Position numbers and translations under genes: made by a program
NCBI GenBank assembly: GCA_963823665.1
Contig: CAWGMQ010000004.1
Location: 2,720,001 to 2,784,000, forward strand
DNA from: an uncultured Planctomycetota bacterium
GTDB lineage: Bacteria > Planctomycetota > Planctomycetia > Isosphaerales > Isosphaeraceae
Reading direction: 5' to 3'
DNA: 64,000 bases
Shown: piece after piece, positions 20,801 to 32,301 of the stretch
Layout: each line of letters starts with the position of its first letter
Position numbering within the stretch: position 1 is the stretch's first letter
The notes under the pieces: generated by a model
What the model saw: the letters and a program-made list of their open reading frames with translations, nothing else
What the model was told of the DNA's origin: nothing
Database searches by the model: none

Positions 20801-23800
20801 GAGACACCGACACCGAATCCCTCGATGGCCAGACCGCGAATGAGGCTCTCCGAAGTGTCGAGCTCGAGCCCGGTCGCGCCGCCGGTCTGGCTTCCGTCCA
20901 GGATCACGCGAATCTGGGCATTATTGCCGTCGATGGCAGCGGTTGTATCGGGGACCGACGAGATCAACGTTGGAGAGCCGATCGGTACGCCGCCGATCGT
21001 GACGGTCTCGATCTGGATGGTCGGCGTGAGTCCTCCGGATAGGTCATTCGCGGCGATCAGATTGGGAATCGCTTCGTCCGCATCGGCGCCCTGAAACGTG
21101 ATCGCGAGCGTACCCGGCGTCGTCTGGATGACCGAGACACTGCTTGACCCCAGGATCGTGTCGAGCGCTTGCTGCACTTGCGCGGCGGTCGCGGTGAACG
21201 GGATCGGCGGTGTTGTGCCGATGGGCAGAGGCGCCAGCGTCGAGAGGCTGAACGTGCCGCCGGTCGGTTGCCCGCCGATGGTCAGATCTTGCGTTGCCGA
21301 GGTGACTTGATCCGGGTACCGGTAGGGCACCGCGATATTGGCCTCGGTGAACCCGTCGATCGAGACCGGATGGGTGATCGCTGGTAGCGGGCTGTCGAGC
21401 GAGATCGTCCAGACCTGGTTGACGGGGTCGAATCCGGGAACGGGAATGTTCTCGTTCCCGGCCGTCGACGCGGGGATCTCGAAGACGATGTCGTCAACTC
21501 CGGGATTGGGATCGTTGTTTGCGGCGCTGATCGCGTCGCGCAGGGTTCCCGGGCCTGAATCACCCGTGTTGGTGACGACGAAGGTGAGCGGATTTCCGGT
21601 GGAGTTGTTGATGATGGTGAGAGTGGCGAGAGCGATCGAGCCCAGGGTGGCGCCGCCGGCAGGCAGGCTCAAGGTCAGGTTGACGGTGGAAAAAGTGGTT
21701 GGGCGGTTGGGGTTGGGCAGGATTGGGATCGAGAAGGTTGCGTCGGTCTGATCGGGCGCGAACGTGACGACGCCGGAGACAGCAGAGTAATCCTGTCCGG
21801 CCACCGCGGAGCCGTTCGAGGTGGCATAGCCGATCGAGACGGCCACGGCGAGGTTGCCGGAGCGCTGGATGTCGATCGAGGCCGAGCCGGCGGTGGATTG
21901 GACCGTGGGAGCGGCGTTCGCGAACGAGATGGTGACGGCCTGGGCAGCGACTGCGTTGGAGAATCCGGAGGAATCGCCGGTGGATTGGTTGGTCGCGGTG
22001 AGCGTCATGAAGGTGCCGACGGCCAGGCCGCTCGCGACGGTGAAGTTGATGGTCGCGGTGCCACCGGCGCCGGTTGTCACGACGGTTGATCCCAAGAACG
22101 TCTGCCCCTGGCCCACTCCGGATGGATCCGCGATCAGGCTGCTAAAGAACTGGATGAGGAAGCTGGTATCGGGCAGGCTCGCCAGCGAGCCGACGACGTT
22201 ACTCCCCGTTCCCCCGCCGGCGACGCCGGTCACGGTGGGCGCAGCTTGTAGATCGTTGCCGCTTTCCAGTGCAATCCCCTGCTGTCCGTTCGACACGATG
22301 CTGTTCGATAGGATCGAGTCACCGGTTCCTGACTCGACCAGGACCCCAGCCTGGACGTTGTAAGCGATCACATTTCCTTGACCTCCGCCCGTGCCGCCGA
22401 TCGTGTTGTTGGATGCGCTATTCGTCAGGAGAATTCCGTTGATCTCGTTCCCAAGCGGGTTATTGCTGGTGATGTCCGTGCCAACGTAATTTCCTTCGAT
22501 CAAGTTGCCAGTGGCGGTGGCGCCGTCGATCTGAATGCCCCACTGATTGGCGGAAATCAAATTGCGTGCCGCTGCGGTCGTGCCCCCGACCGTGTTATTG
22601 ACAGCGCCTTCGATCAAGATTCCCTGGTTCGAGTTGCCCCGGTCGGCTGTGCCCGACTTGTCGGTGCCGATCAAGTTGTCCTGAATCAGGTTTTCGGTCG
22701 ATGTCACGCCGTCGATTTCAATTCCAGCCAGGTTGCCTGAAATCACCTGTGTGCCGAGGTTGTCGCCTTCGATTGTGTTTCCCGAGGAGTTAACGATCTG
22801 AATTCCGTCCTCGGTGTTTCCCAGGTCGCCGCTCCCCGTAGAATCGGTGCCGATCAAGTTGTCGCGAACGATCACACCAGTCGCCGTGGCTCCCGAGATC
22901 AAGATGCCGATCAGGTTGTCGGATATCACGTTGCCAGGGCCGATCGATGTGCCGGGAGAAAAGTTGGCGACGCCCGCGCCGTCGTTGCCCAGCACGGCTG
23001 TTCCGGCCGAGGTGAGCCCGATGATGTTGTTCTCGACGGAATTGCCGGCCGCGTCCGCGCCGGTGACGTAAACCCCGGCCCCCTGGTTCGAGGAAATCAC
23101 GTTGCCGTCAGAGGCGACGGGGCCGCCAATCTGGTTGTCGGGCGCATCGTCCAGTCGCACGCCGTCGGCCGAGTTTCCTGGATTGCCGGTTCCGAAGACG
23201 TAGCCGCCCCCGGGAGCAATGCCGATATAGTTGGCTTCGACCAGGTTCCGCGTCGCGCCCACGCCGCTCAAGTGAACGCCATACCCGTTGTTGACCGAGA
23301 TCACATTTCCCGAGCCTGCAACCGCACCGCCGATCACGTTGCTCGAGGAATAGACGATGCCCGACGGGTCGGCCGCCGTGCCCGAGGACTGGATCCACAC
23401 CCCGTCAGCGCCGTTGCCGAGCTGGAAATAAAGCCCGTTCGTCGACGGCCCGATGACTCCGATCTGGTTTCCGAGAATCTGATTGCCGGAGCTTCCCGGC
23501 ATCATCAAGATTCCTTGCTCACCATTGCCGGAAATCACGTTGTTCTCATCCGGGTTATAGCCGCCCACCGTCGCGTTGGCCGAGTCGAGCAGGATTCCTT
23601 CCTGGCTGTTTCCCGCCCCGGCCAGAGTCACCGTGGCCGGCGCAGGCAGCGGGTCACCGGTGCCCTGGTCGACGGGGTAAGCCAGATAGGGGCCGATGAA
23701 GTTGCCCTGGATGATATCGCCCACGTCGGTCGGCTGCGGAATCGAGATACCGATGCCGAAACCCTCGATGGCGAGGCCGCGGATGACGCTCTGCGACGTG

Positions 23801-24644
23801 TCAAGCACGAGCCCGGTTGCGCCTCCGGTCTGGCTTCCGTCCAGGATCAACCGGACCTGTGCGTTGTTGCCGTCGATCGCCGCCAAGGTGTTGGGCGCTG
23901 AAGTGATCTCGCTCGGCACCGAAAGAGAACCCGGCCGTTTCGGTTTCCACGTCGACGCTTGGGGTTGTTCCTCCCACCAGACTGGCATTCGGCAAGAGAT
24001 TCGGGACCGGCTCTCCTGCGTAAGCCCCTTGAAATGCGATCAACAGCGTATCCTGCGGTAGATTCCCGCCGCTGACTGCAACGTTGCCTGCACCGACGAT
24101 CGCCTCGAGGGCAGCCTGCACCTGAGCCTCGGTCGCTGTGATCGGAAGCGCGGCGGTCGTGCCGATGGGAAGGGGCGCCGACGTGGTCAACGTGAACGTG
24201 CCGCCAGTCGGTGCCGCCGAGGACGGTTAGCGTCTGCACCGCCGACGTGATCTCGTCAGAATAGCGATAGGGCACGTCATCATGCGCTTGCGAGAAGCCG
24301 TCGATCGAGATCGGATGGGTGATCACCGGTAAAGGACTATTGAGCGTGATCGTCCATGTTTGGTTAACGGGATCAAAGCCCGGCACCGGCACATTCAGCT
24401 CCGGCGCGGTCGAGGCCGGGATGTTGAAGACGATGTCGAATGGGTCCGGATCCGCGTCCTGGTTCGCGGCCAGGATCGCCGAGCGCAACGTCCCGGCGGC
24501 CGTCGAGTCGTCCGTCACGTTCACAACGTAAGGTTGCGACGCCAGCAACTGCCGTGATTCGAGCTTTTCGAGCCCGGGCGTCATGCGCCGTGCCTGTGCG
24601 AATCGGCGGGCCAACCTCATACGGCGGCGTGACGGGCGAAACAT
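14867..24644 (-). CDS. giant secreted parallel beta-helix / Calx-beta repeat protein (~3250 aa), split by 4 frameshifts (~24215, ~23932, ~17757, ~17092)
   Basis: Planctomycete export-signal-like LEKLESRQLLA; many NxIxGNxIG and NTIGG repeats; three Calx-beta-like domains (YATSNGSAVAGQDY...TF); poly-Pro linker and C-terminal domain. Five consecutive ORFs join in register when compared with the internal repeats. Confidence 0.88.
18385..22119 (-). repeat. internal direct repeat with 2943-bp period; near-identical blocks at ~18385-19176 and ~21328-22119
   Basis: The same sequence recurs at +2943 (for example 19141 vs 22084; antisense ORFs 18395/21338 and 18339/21282). Confidence 0.93.
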
Positions 24645-24973
24645 GGAGATGGCTCATCCTGCGCATGTGTCAGCGGGCATGGACCTTCCGTGGCGCACGC
24701 CGAGCCGACCGAAAATCCGGACCCTCCGGCCTTGATCGTTCATTGCCGCGCTTGAGGCGCGAACTTCGAGGCTTCTGGAAGAAGCTTAGGACAGATCGCG
24801 GGCACCGGTTTCCGGATCCGGCCGAATTCGAATTCCCCGAGCGCAGAGTAGGTTAGACTCTACTTAGCACGGACTCACGCTCGGCGGTGGTTTGCCCGCG
24901 CCCTGGTTTCGAAAAAGCAGACGGCGCCAACCCGATCCACGTGGCCGCTCTCTACCAACCTTGAGGTGCATCG

Positions 24974-25963
24974 ATGAGTGAACGGCTAAGGCGCCGGCCC
25001 GTGGCGGCGCTGGCCCTTGTTGTTTTGCTGTGTCTGGCCGGTTTGCGAAGCTGGGGTCGATCGTTCGGGCTTTTCAAGCCGACCAAGCCGGCAACCGATT
25101 TGACGGAGCTTCGGTATGGTCCGCACGAGCGCAACGTGCTCGATCTGTGGAAAGCAAAGCCGCAACCTGGGCGCCCCAACGGCCCGAGTCCGCTCGTCGT
25201 TTACTTCCACGGCGGTGGTTTTCGCGGCGGCGACAAGTCGAGCGTGCCCGCATGGCTGGTGCGCGACTGCCTGGATGAGGGGATCTCGATCGCGTCGGCC
25301 AATTATCGGCTGTCGCAGACCGCCACGTTTCCCGCGCCGATGCTCGACGGTGCTCGCGCCATCCAGTTTCTGCGGCACAACGCGGTTGAGCTGGGAATCA
25401 ATCCGGATCGCATCGCCGCGTCGGGAAGCTCGGCCGGCGCCGGGATTGCGCTCTGGGTCGCGTTTCACGACGATCTGGCTGACTCCAAGAGCAATGACCC
25501 GGTTGCCCGGCGGTCGTCGCGTGTTTGCTGCGTGGGGGTTGACGGTGCCCAGACTTCGTATGACCCGCGGTTCATCAAGACCCACATCGGCGGCCGTGCC
25601 CACGAGCATTCGGCACTCCGCGAGTTCTACGGCATCAAGTCGGACGCCGAGCTGGACTTGCCGCGGATTCACAAACTCTTTGAAGAGGCCTCGCCGATCA
25701 ATTACGTTACCTCGGACGACCCCTCGGTGATCTTGTTTTACGCCGAGCCCGATAAACCCCTTCCGCCTGACGCGAAACCCGGCCAGGGCATTCATCACCC
25801 GCGCTTCGGCAAGGTGCTCAAATCCAAGCTCGACACGCTCGGCATTGAATGCATCATGCGGCACTGGGGCGACTATCCCAGTCAGGAAGATCCCGTCGAA
25901 GATATGTGCCGCGACATGACCGGCTTCTTTGCGCGGCAGTTCCAGGCCAGGCGCTCGAGATAA
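24974..25963 (+). CDS. exported alpha/beta hydrolase (HSL-like esterase/lipase)
   Basis: N-terminal signal-like segment, HGGGF oxyanion motif, NYRL and GSSAG nucleophile elbow. Confidence 0.9.
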   Translation: MSERLRRRPVAALALVVLLCLAGLRSWGRSFGLFKPTKPATDLTELRYGPHERNVLDLWKAKPQPGRPNGPSPLVVYFHGGGFRGGDKSSVPAWLVRDCLDEGISIASANYRLSQTATFPAPMLDGARAIQFLRHNAVELGINPDRIAASGSSAGAGIALWVAFHDDLADSKSNDPVARRSSRVCCVGVDGAQTSYDPRFIKTHIGGRAHEHSALREFYGIKSDAELDLPRIHKLFEEASPINYVTSDDPSVILFYAEPDKPLPPDAKPGQGIHHPRFGKVLKSKLDTLGIECIMRHWGDYPSQEDPVEDMCRDMTGFFARQFQARRSR

Positions 25964-25986
25964 AGCCGTTCGTGCACGCAGAATCG

Positions 25987-26039
25987 CTCGTTCCCATGCT
26001 CCACATGGCAACAGCCTTGGTGCCGCTCCGCGTCGTGCT
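25987..26039 (+). repeat. REP-like element family B, degenerate copy
   Basis: CTCGTTCC-N18-N7-GTGCCGCTCCGCG aligns without gaps to the reverse complement of 39283-39335; lies between convergent genes. Confidence 0.65.
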
Positions 26040-26105
26040 CACTGTGAAGAGGAGGGACCGAGGCAGTCGCCGGCCAGGTGCCCGACGACCACCTCGCGCC
26101 GCGGT

Positions 26106-27728
26106 TCAGGAAATCTTGATGCCGCCCAGACCGTTGTTGAGCAGCGTGTTGCCCGTCAGAACGGTATCGGTGCCGTCGTTCACGAAGATGCCCCAGCCTG
26201 CGTTCGAGTCGATCGTGCAGTTGATCACCGACGTGTGCGCCGTGTCGACGATCGAGACGCCGTCACCCGGGCTGCCTGCCTGCGGGCCGAAGCCGTTGGA
26301 GTCGATTGTGTCGGCTTCCACCAGGTTGCCGTTGCCTGCGTCGTTCAGCGCGACGCCGCGGTGGTCGTTGCCGGAGATGGTGTTGCCCGCTCCGGAGGCC
26401 GTCCCACCTATGGTGTTTTTGGACGAACCGCCGTCGACCATCACGCCGTCGAGAGCGTTCGGCACGGCGCTGGTGTTCGTGGAATTCATGCCGATCACGT
26501 TGCCCTCGACCATGGTCCCTGTTGAACATCCTGTGAGGTGCACACCGTCCTCCAGGTTGCCTGAAATGGTGTTGCCGGATCCGGCGGTGGTTCCCCCGAT
26601 TGTGTTATTGAACGAATTGCCATCGATCAGCACGCCGCTATCGTCATTGGGCACGGCCGCGGTGCCCGCCGCGTTGGTGCCGATCAAGTTTCCTTCGACC
26701 AGATTGGCCGACGAGCCGCCGCTGATGTGCACACCGCGGAGCTCGTTGCCGGAGAGGACGTTGCCCGTTCCCGCGGTCGTTCCACCGATCGTGTTGTTCT
26801 CCGAGCCGCCATCGATCAGCACCCCGCTATCCTCGTTCGGTACGGCTCGATTGCCCGCGGCATTGGTGCCGATAAAGTTTCCCTCGACCAGGTTGCCGGA
26901 CGATCCTCCAGAAATGTGCACGCCGCGAAGATCGTTGCCCGAAAGGACGTTGCGAGCACACGCGGTGGTGCCGCCGATCAGGTTGTTGTCGGCCCCGTTA
27001 TCGAGATAGACGCCGCTATCGCCGTTACCCATGGCGGCCGTCCCTGTCGCGTTTGTGCCAATCCAGTTTCCTTGAACGACAATGTCGTCGGCGCCGCTCA
27101 ACACAACTCCGTGGGCCTGGTTGCCTGAGATCAGGTTGCCGGCATCGCTTGTCGTTCCTCCCACGGTATCGTGCGACGAGCTGCCCGAAATCACGACGCC
27201 GTTGCCGCCGTTCCCGGCCTTGCTACCCGTTGCGTTGACCCCGATGTAGTCATCAGCAATCACGTCTCCTGAGGCCGAAACGACGTCCACGCCATCGCCG
27301 CCAAAGTTCACGATGGCCAGGCCTTTGACCTTGCTGTTGGAAGCTGTGAGCTTCAGACCCACGGCAGACGCGCTCGCGCAATTGCCGTTGAGCACAATCC
27401 GGGGCGCCGCACCCGTGCCGGGCTGGGTGTTGCCGTCAATCACGACGGGATTGGAGATCGCCGGCAACGCCGACTGAAGCGCGATGGTCTCGGTACCGCC
27501 GGAGCCGATGTTGAAGTCGATGGCGTTCACCGCCGACCCCGTCGTGGCGTTCGACGAGACGATGGCCTGGCGCAGGCTGCCGGTGCCGCTGTCATTGGTG
27601 TTGGTGACGGTGAACGTGCTGAGGAGTTGCCGGCCCTCGAGTCCTTCGAGGAACGGTTGACCCCGGCGATTCTGCCGGCGACGGGTGATTCGGTTGATTT
27701 GACGTCCGGAAAACCAGAAGGTGGTCAT
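26106..27728 (-). CDS. secreted right-handed parallel beta-helix repeat protein
   Basis: LEGLEGRQLLS signal, VTNTNDSGTGSLRQAI, and ~61-aa repeats (DSGVLIDGGS.NNTIGG...GNVLSGN..RGVHISGG). Confidence 0.9.
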   Translation of the reverse strand: MTTFWFSGRQINRITRRRQNRRGQPFLEGLEGRQLLSTFTVTNTNDSGTGSLRQAIVSSNATTGSAVNAIDFNIGSGGTETIALQSALPAISNPVVIDGNTQPGTGAAPRIVLNGNCASASAVGLKLTASNSKVKGLAIVNFGGDGVDVVSASGDVIADDYIGVNATGSKAGNGGNGVVISGSSSHDTVGGTTSDAGNLISGNQAHGVVLSGADDIVVQGNWIGTNATGTAAMGNGDSGVYLDNGADNNLIGGTTACARNVLSGNDLRGVHISGGSSGNLVEGNFIGTNAAGNRAVPNEDSGVLIDGGSENNTIGGTTAGTGNVLSGNELRGVHISGGSSANLVEGNLIGTNAAGTAAVPNDDSGVLIDGNSFNNTIGGTTAGSGNTISGNLEDGVHLTGCSTGTMVEGNVIGMNSTNTSAVPNALDGVMVDGGSSKNTIGGTASGAGNTISGNDHRGVALNDAGNGNLVEADTIDSNGFGPQAGSPGDGVSIVDTAHTSVINCTIDSNAGWGIFVNDGTDTVLTGNTLLNNGLGGIKIS

Positions 27729-27928
27729 GGCGCTCGTCTCCACTCGGGCGCGGAGCGCGAGCCGGCAACCCGGGCACCGCCCGGATCTCACTCCCGCTCG
27801 CACTCCGGCCTCGTTCCCTTGTTCCCCGAGCCTCGCACTCTCGCGGCCCGGATGTTTCTCTAATCAGGAGAGAAGCAAACGGAATGATTCGTGACGTTTG
27901 AACGGGCGATTCTTTTGCGAGTCGAAGC

Positions 27929-28072
27929 GGAAGGGCGGCGTTGATGCAGAGGAGACCTGCGGTCGCAAGCGGGGCGGGGTCGGAGACCCGCGCCCAACAT
28001 GGGAAGGGCGGCGTTGATGCAGAGGAGACCTGCGGTCGCAAGCGGGGCGGGGTCGGAGACCCGCGCCCAACA
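27929..28072. repeat. intergenic perfect 71-bp direct repeat x2 (period 73) with internal hairpins; REP-like
   Basis: 27929-27999 is identical to 28002-28072; contains GACC-TGC-GGTC and GGGTC-GGA-GACCC stems. Confidence 0.93.
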
Positions 28073-28260
28073 GCCGAGACCACACGAGCGAGAGTCCGCC
28101 GACGATAATAACCCAAAGCCAGCGAGGTTTGCGGTGATTGACATCGCACCCGGTTGGGCACCGTTGCTCCTTCACGCCGCGCCAGGAAGATTGTTGTCCG
28201 GTGGATCGTCCGGCCGGGCAGTACAATCAGATGACGAAGGCATCGGGCTGAGGAGGCGGC

Positions 28261-31200
28261 ATGATCAAGGGCACTTTGCCGGGACGGGCGCTCGAACCGC
28301 TGCGGACGCTATTCGGCGCGGGCACGACGGCCGGTTTGACCGACGGCCAGTTGCTCGAGCGATTCGCGGGCCGATGCGGCCATGATGCCGAAGCTGCTTT
28401 CGCCGCCTTGGTGTCACGCCACGGCCCGATGGTTCGGCGCGTCTGCCGCTCGCTGCTCGCCGACGCCAATGACGCTGATGATGCCTTCCAGGCTACGTTT
28501 CTTGTCCTCGCTCGAAAGGCCGGAGCGATCAGGCGCCCCGAGCTGCTCGCCAACTGGCTTTATGGAACGGCGCATCGTGCAGCCCGAACACTCAAAACCC
28601 GGGCCGCACGCCGGCTCAAGCACGAGACGCGGGAGGCCGTCATGGCTCACACGCGAGTGTCCAGCATCCAGATGATCTTGCACAACAGGCAACGCGCCGT
28701 GAAGAGGCCCGGATCATCCATGAGGAGCTGGCCCGGCTGCCGGGAACTTGCCGGATGGCCGTGGTGCTCTGCGAGCTGGAAGCGCGTCCCCAGCATGAGG
28801 TCGCCCAGCTTCTGCGCTGTTCGGATCGGACCCTTCGCCGGCGGCTGGATCGAGCGCGCCAACTGCTGCGGCTGCGGCTGGCTCGCCGGGGACTGGCGCC
28901 CACGGCCGGGCTAGTAGCAGCGGCTCTAGGGCCTGGGCCAGCCTCTGCGGCAATTCCACAAATCACAGTCGAAACAATGGCCCGGGCCGCGGTCCGTTTC
29001 GCGGCCGGGCAGGCTACAGCCGGGGTCGTCCCGGCATCGGCATCGGCTCTTGCGGAAGGAGTGATCACGACCATGCTCTGGACCAAGCTGAAAGCGATCG
29101 CGGGTGCCGGGTGTGCAGTCCTTGTGCTCGGTGTTGGGGTCGGAGTCGGGGAAGGTACCTGGGTCAGACATGAAGCGTTGGCCCAGGACCGTGAAAAACG
29201 CGCTGAATCAACACGCGCGGGAAATAAAGGAGCCCGTGCTGCTCTCCCATCCCCGGCGGAACAATATCAGGCACTTGTGCAAAGGTTCGACGTCGCCATG
29301 GCGGCGTACAACAAGCTCGGCGAGAACGCACAGACTCAAGCGGAACGAGAGGCCGCCTACAAGGGGCATCGCCTTCCCGAGCTGGAGTTCAACCCGCAAT
29401 TCCTTGCGCTGGCCGAGCGCTACCCGAATGATCCGGTTGCCATCGATTCTTTGTCGTGGATCCTTGAGAAAACCATGCGGTACTGGGATAGTTATCACCA
29501 GGCCCGCGGTGATGCGCTCGAGCGCACCATGGAGATTCTCGCTCGCGATCATCTCGCGAATCCGCGCCTGGGCGTCGTTTGCCTGAAGCTCACCCTTTAC
29601 CCCTCACCGCGGCGCGATCAGTTCCTTCGGGCGGTTGCTTCGCGGAGCTCCGATCGGGTCGTGCGCGGGCGGGCAACGCTGGCGCTCGCTCAGTATCTGA
29701 AGAATAAGGGTGAATTTGTGGCGAGCCTGCAGAAGCCGGGGTCGCCGCAGGAAGAGAAAACAGTGTTCGAGATTTATGGACCCGAATACCTCGGTCAACT
29801 CCGCGCATCCGATCCGGCGGCGATGCTGGCCGAGGCCGATCGGCTGTTTGCACGCGTGTCCACCGACTTCGCCGACGTGGCTTTAGCGCCGCCAGGCGAT
29901 CAGCCTTCGCGTGAGACCCTTGCGGACGTCGCCGCGCGCGACCGGCGAAGGCCGCCGCCCGGCAATTCGCAAACGAGCGTGCCCGATGAACCCGCGGACG
30001 GGTTCCGATCCATCGACGAAGCCTTCCGCTCGGGCGTCAAGGCTGCCAACGAGGCCGCCGAAAAAGCGCAGAAGGATGCGGGCAAGACCGGGATGGACGA
30101 GGTTAGCTTGCAAGCCTACATCAGGGCGTATCCGAAATGGACCGATGCCGGTGTCTCGATGTGGCGGCTGGCCCAGGCGTACCCGCGCAACCAGGCGGCG
30201 TTCAATGCTTTGATATGGCTCGTCGAGCAAGGGCCCCGTTTTTTCGATTCGCGGCCGGAGCGCGACGCCGTGCTGTCTCAGGTTGTCGACGTGTTCGTTC
30301 GTGACCATCTCGAAACGATTGCCGGGCACCTCACCGATCGAAATGTCGCGATGGCCCTGAGCTTGGGCGAGCCGCTGCCGGCCACTTACCGCGAGCGACT
30401 CCTGCGGGCGCTCTTCACGCGATGCCGCGACCGCATCGCGAGAGGGCGGATGGGACTTATCCTCGCCCGATATCTCATGGCCGAAGCCGAGTGCATCGAG
30501 CGGCTCAACCGCCCCGGAGCCGAGTCTCGAGCGCCCGTGGGAGCTCATCTTTCTCGATCCTGCGGTTGCCGATCAACTCCGGAAGGCAGACCGCCAGGCG
30601 ATTGGCCGTCAGGCTGAAGAAGTGCTCAACCGCCTCATTACTGATTACGGCGACGTGGCCCATGTCGAAGGCCAGGTCGTGACGAGCGACACGCTTGCGA
30701 CCATCGCCAGGCGCGAGCTGTTCGAGATTCAGAGACTCTCCGTCGGCTGCCAGGCGCCGGAAATCGTCGGCGAGGATTCGGATGGCAAGCCCATGAAACT
30801 CTCCGAGTTCCGCGGCAAGGTTGTGCTGCTCGACTTCGGCAGCCACGAGCACTGCGGCGGCTGCAAGGTCGTCTACCCGCGGCTGCGCGGCACGCTCGAG
30901 CGCCTGCATGGCCGGCCGTTCGTGATCCTGGGAATCAATAACTTCGACCAGCGCGACAAGCTCAAAGAGGCGATCGCACACGGTGAAATCACCTGGCGAT
31001 GCTGGTGGGACAGCGACAAGCCCGTCACACCCGGCCCGATCACGACAACCTGGAACATTCGCGGCTATCCCACCTTCGTCCTGATCGACCACCGCGGCGT
31101 GATCCGCTCCAAGAAGGATAACCACCCCTTTGCCCCGTGGTTCGACAGCAGCGTTGATTTGCTGGTGAAAGAGGCGGAATCGGATCAGGCACGCCGGTGA
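28261..31200 (+). CDS. membrane-anchored ECF sigma-70 factor fused to two helical modules and a C-terminal thioredoxin-like (TlpA) domain; frameshifts at ~28660 and ~30530
   Basis: LTDGQLLERF, AFAALVSRHGPMV and DAFQATFLVLARKA (region 2); HEELARLP...RLDRAR..LR.RL (region 4); a TM segment after WTKLK; then GCQAPEIVGED.DGKPMKLSEFRGKVVLLDF...CGGC and WNIRGYPTFVLIDHRG. Confidence 0.87.
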
Positions 31201-31326
31201 TCGAGCGAGCCCGAGCGGGTGTCATTGGAACGCTCGCGGGTGTCGCATCCGGCTCGCCGCATCGTTACAGTAATCTTGGTGCGGGTAGAGAGCGGTCGGT
31301 CGCGATGTCCTACGATTCCCAGAGCC

Positions 31327-31764
31327 ATGTCAGAGCCGCGCAAAGCCTTCCCGATTTTTGGCGTGATCGCTGTCGTGCTCGGAGCGGTTCTCGGTTCTTA
31401 TGCGGTGCAAATGGCGTTCTCGAATCGCACCGCCGACATCGAACGCGCCCTGACAATGGCCTCGAACGAGGCCAACAAGAACGTGCCGCTCATGCTGGAT
31501 GCGGAAACCCGCCTGGATGGAACGAGCGCGGGCCCCGGCCGGGTATTGATCTACAACTATACGCTCGTCAATGTGACGAAAGGCGAGGGCTTGAACACAC
31601 AGAAGTTCGAGGAAGTGACGCGGCCGAACATCATCAGAGAGTACAAGACAACCCCCGGACTCAAGGCGCTGCGAGAGGCCGATGTTTCCATGCACCATCG
31701 GTTTTCGGATAAGGACGGGGTGTTTATCATCGAGATCGTCATTGCGCCGGACGATCTCAAGTGA
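31327..31764 (+). CDS. hypothetical single-TM protein
   Basis: N-terminal hydrophobic helix followed by a protein-like soluble domain (NKNVPLMLDAETRLD). Confidence 0.75.
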   Translation: MSEPRKAFPIFGVIAVVLGAVLGSYAVQMAFSNRTADIERALTMASNEANKNVPLMLDAETRLDGTSAGPGRVLIYNYTLVNVTKGEGLNTQKFEEVTRPNIIREYKTTPGLKALREADVSMHHRFSDKDGVFIIEIVIAPDDLK

Positions 31765-31827
31765 GACGTGGTAACCGTCAGGCGAGGGCGTTTGGATCGC
31801 TCGGCGCCGGCTCTCGCCAGGGCCGTG

Positions 31828-32154
31828 TTAACTCCGCGGCCCATGCGGCGTCTTCTTCGGTAAGTGGCGGCTCCGCAGGCGCGCCCGCGTAATCGAATGC
31901 CCCCCGGCGGTACGGGCCTGAAAGGTGATCAGCTTGTGCCCCTGAGATGAGTCACGAATTTCGACAAAGTGATGTCGAATGGGGTCCACCGAAATGATCC
32001 CCAACTCTGGACGCATTTCCAAACGGGCGTAATACGGGTCCGGCAAGCATTGGTTCAGCTCGCTTCGCATTTCGGCTGCCAAGGCGTGGTGGAAATCCGG
32101 CCATATATGCGGCGCTTGGAGGTACGGGTCCATGCCCGGGAGAGGTGACGGCAT
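31828..32154 (-). pseudogene. truncated DUF4058-family gene remnant
   Basis: Typical start MPSPLPGMDPYL..P..WPDFH and FVEIRD, but internally shortened, and similarity is lost after KLITF. Confidence 0.7.
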
Positions 32155-32301
32155 TGCTACGGCTTCCAGAAGAAAAAGAGTCGATCAACGATCGTACCAT
32201 CTCGCTCGCATACGCTCGACGAGCGCCGCCTCGCGCCTCGCGCGAGAAGGGCGTTGCTGGTGCCGGGAGTCAGGCTAAAGCCTAACCTACTCAATGCACA
32301 A

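Noticed and set aside
18385..22119. Near-identical blocks as a DGR template/variable repeat pair
   Set aside because: The blocks are long, both are coding, differences are not evidently adenine-specific, and no reverse transcriptase is present.
27929..28072. 73-bp period repeat as a mini-CRISPR or tRNA pair
   Set aside because: There are two identical units with only a 2-nt spacer, and no cloverleaf, T-loop or CCA features.
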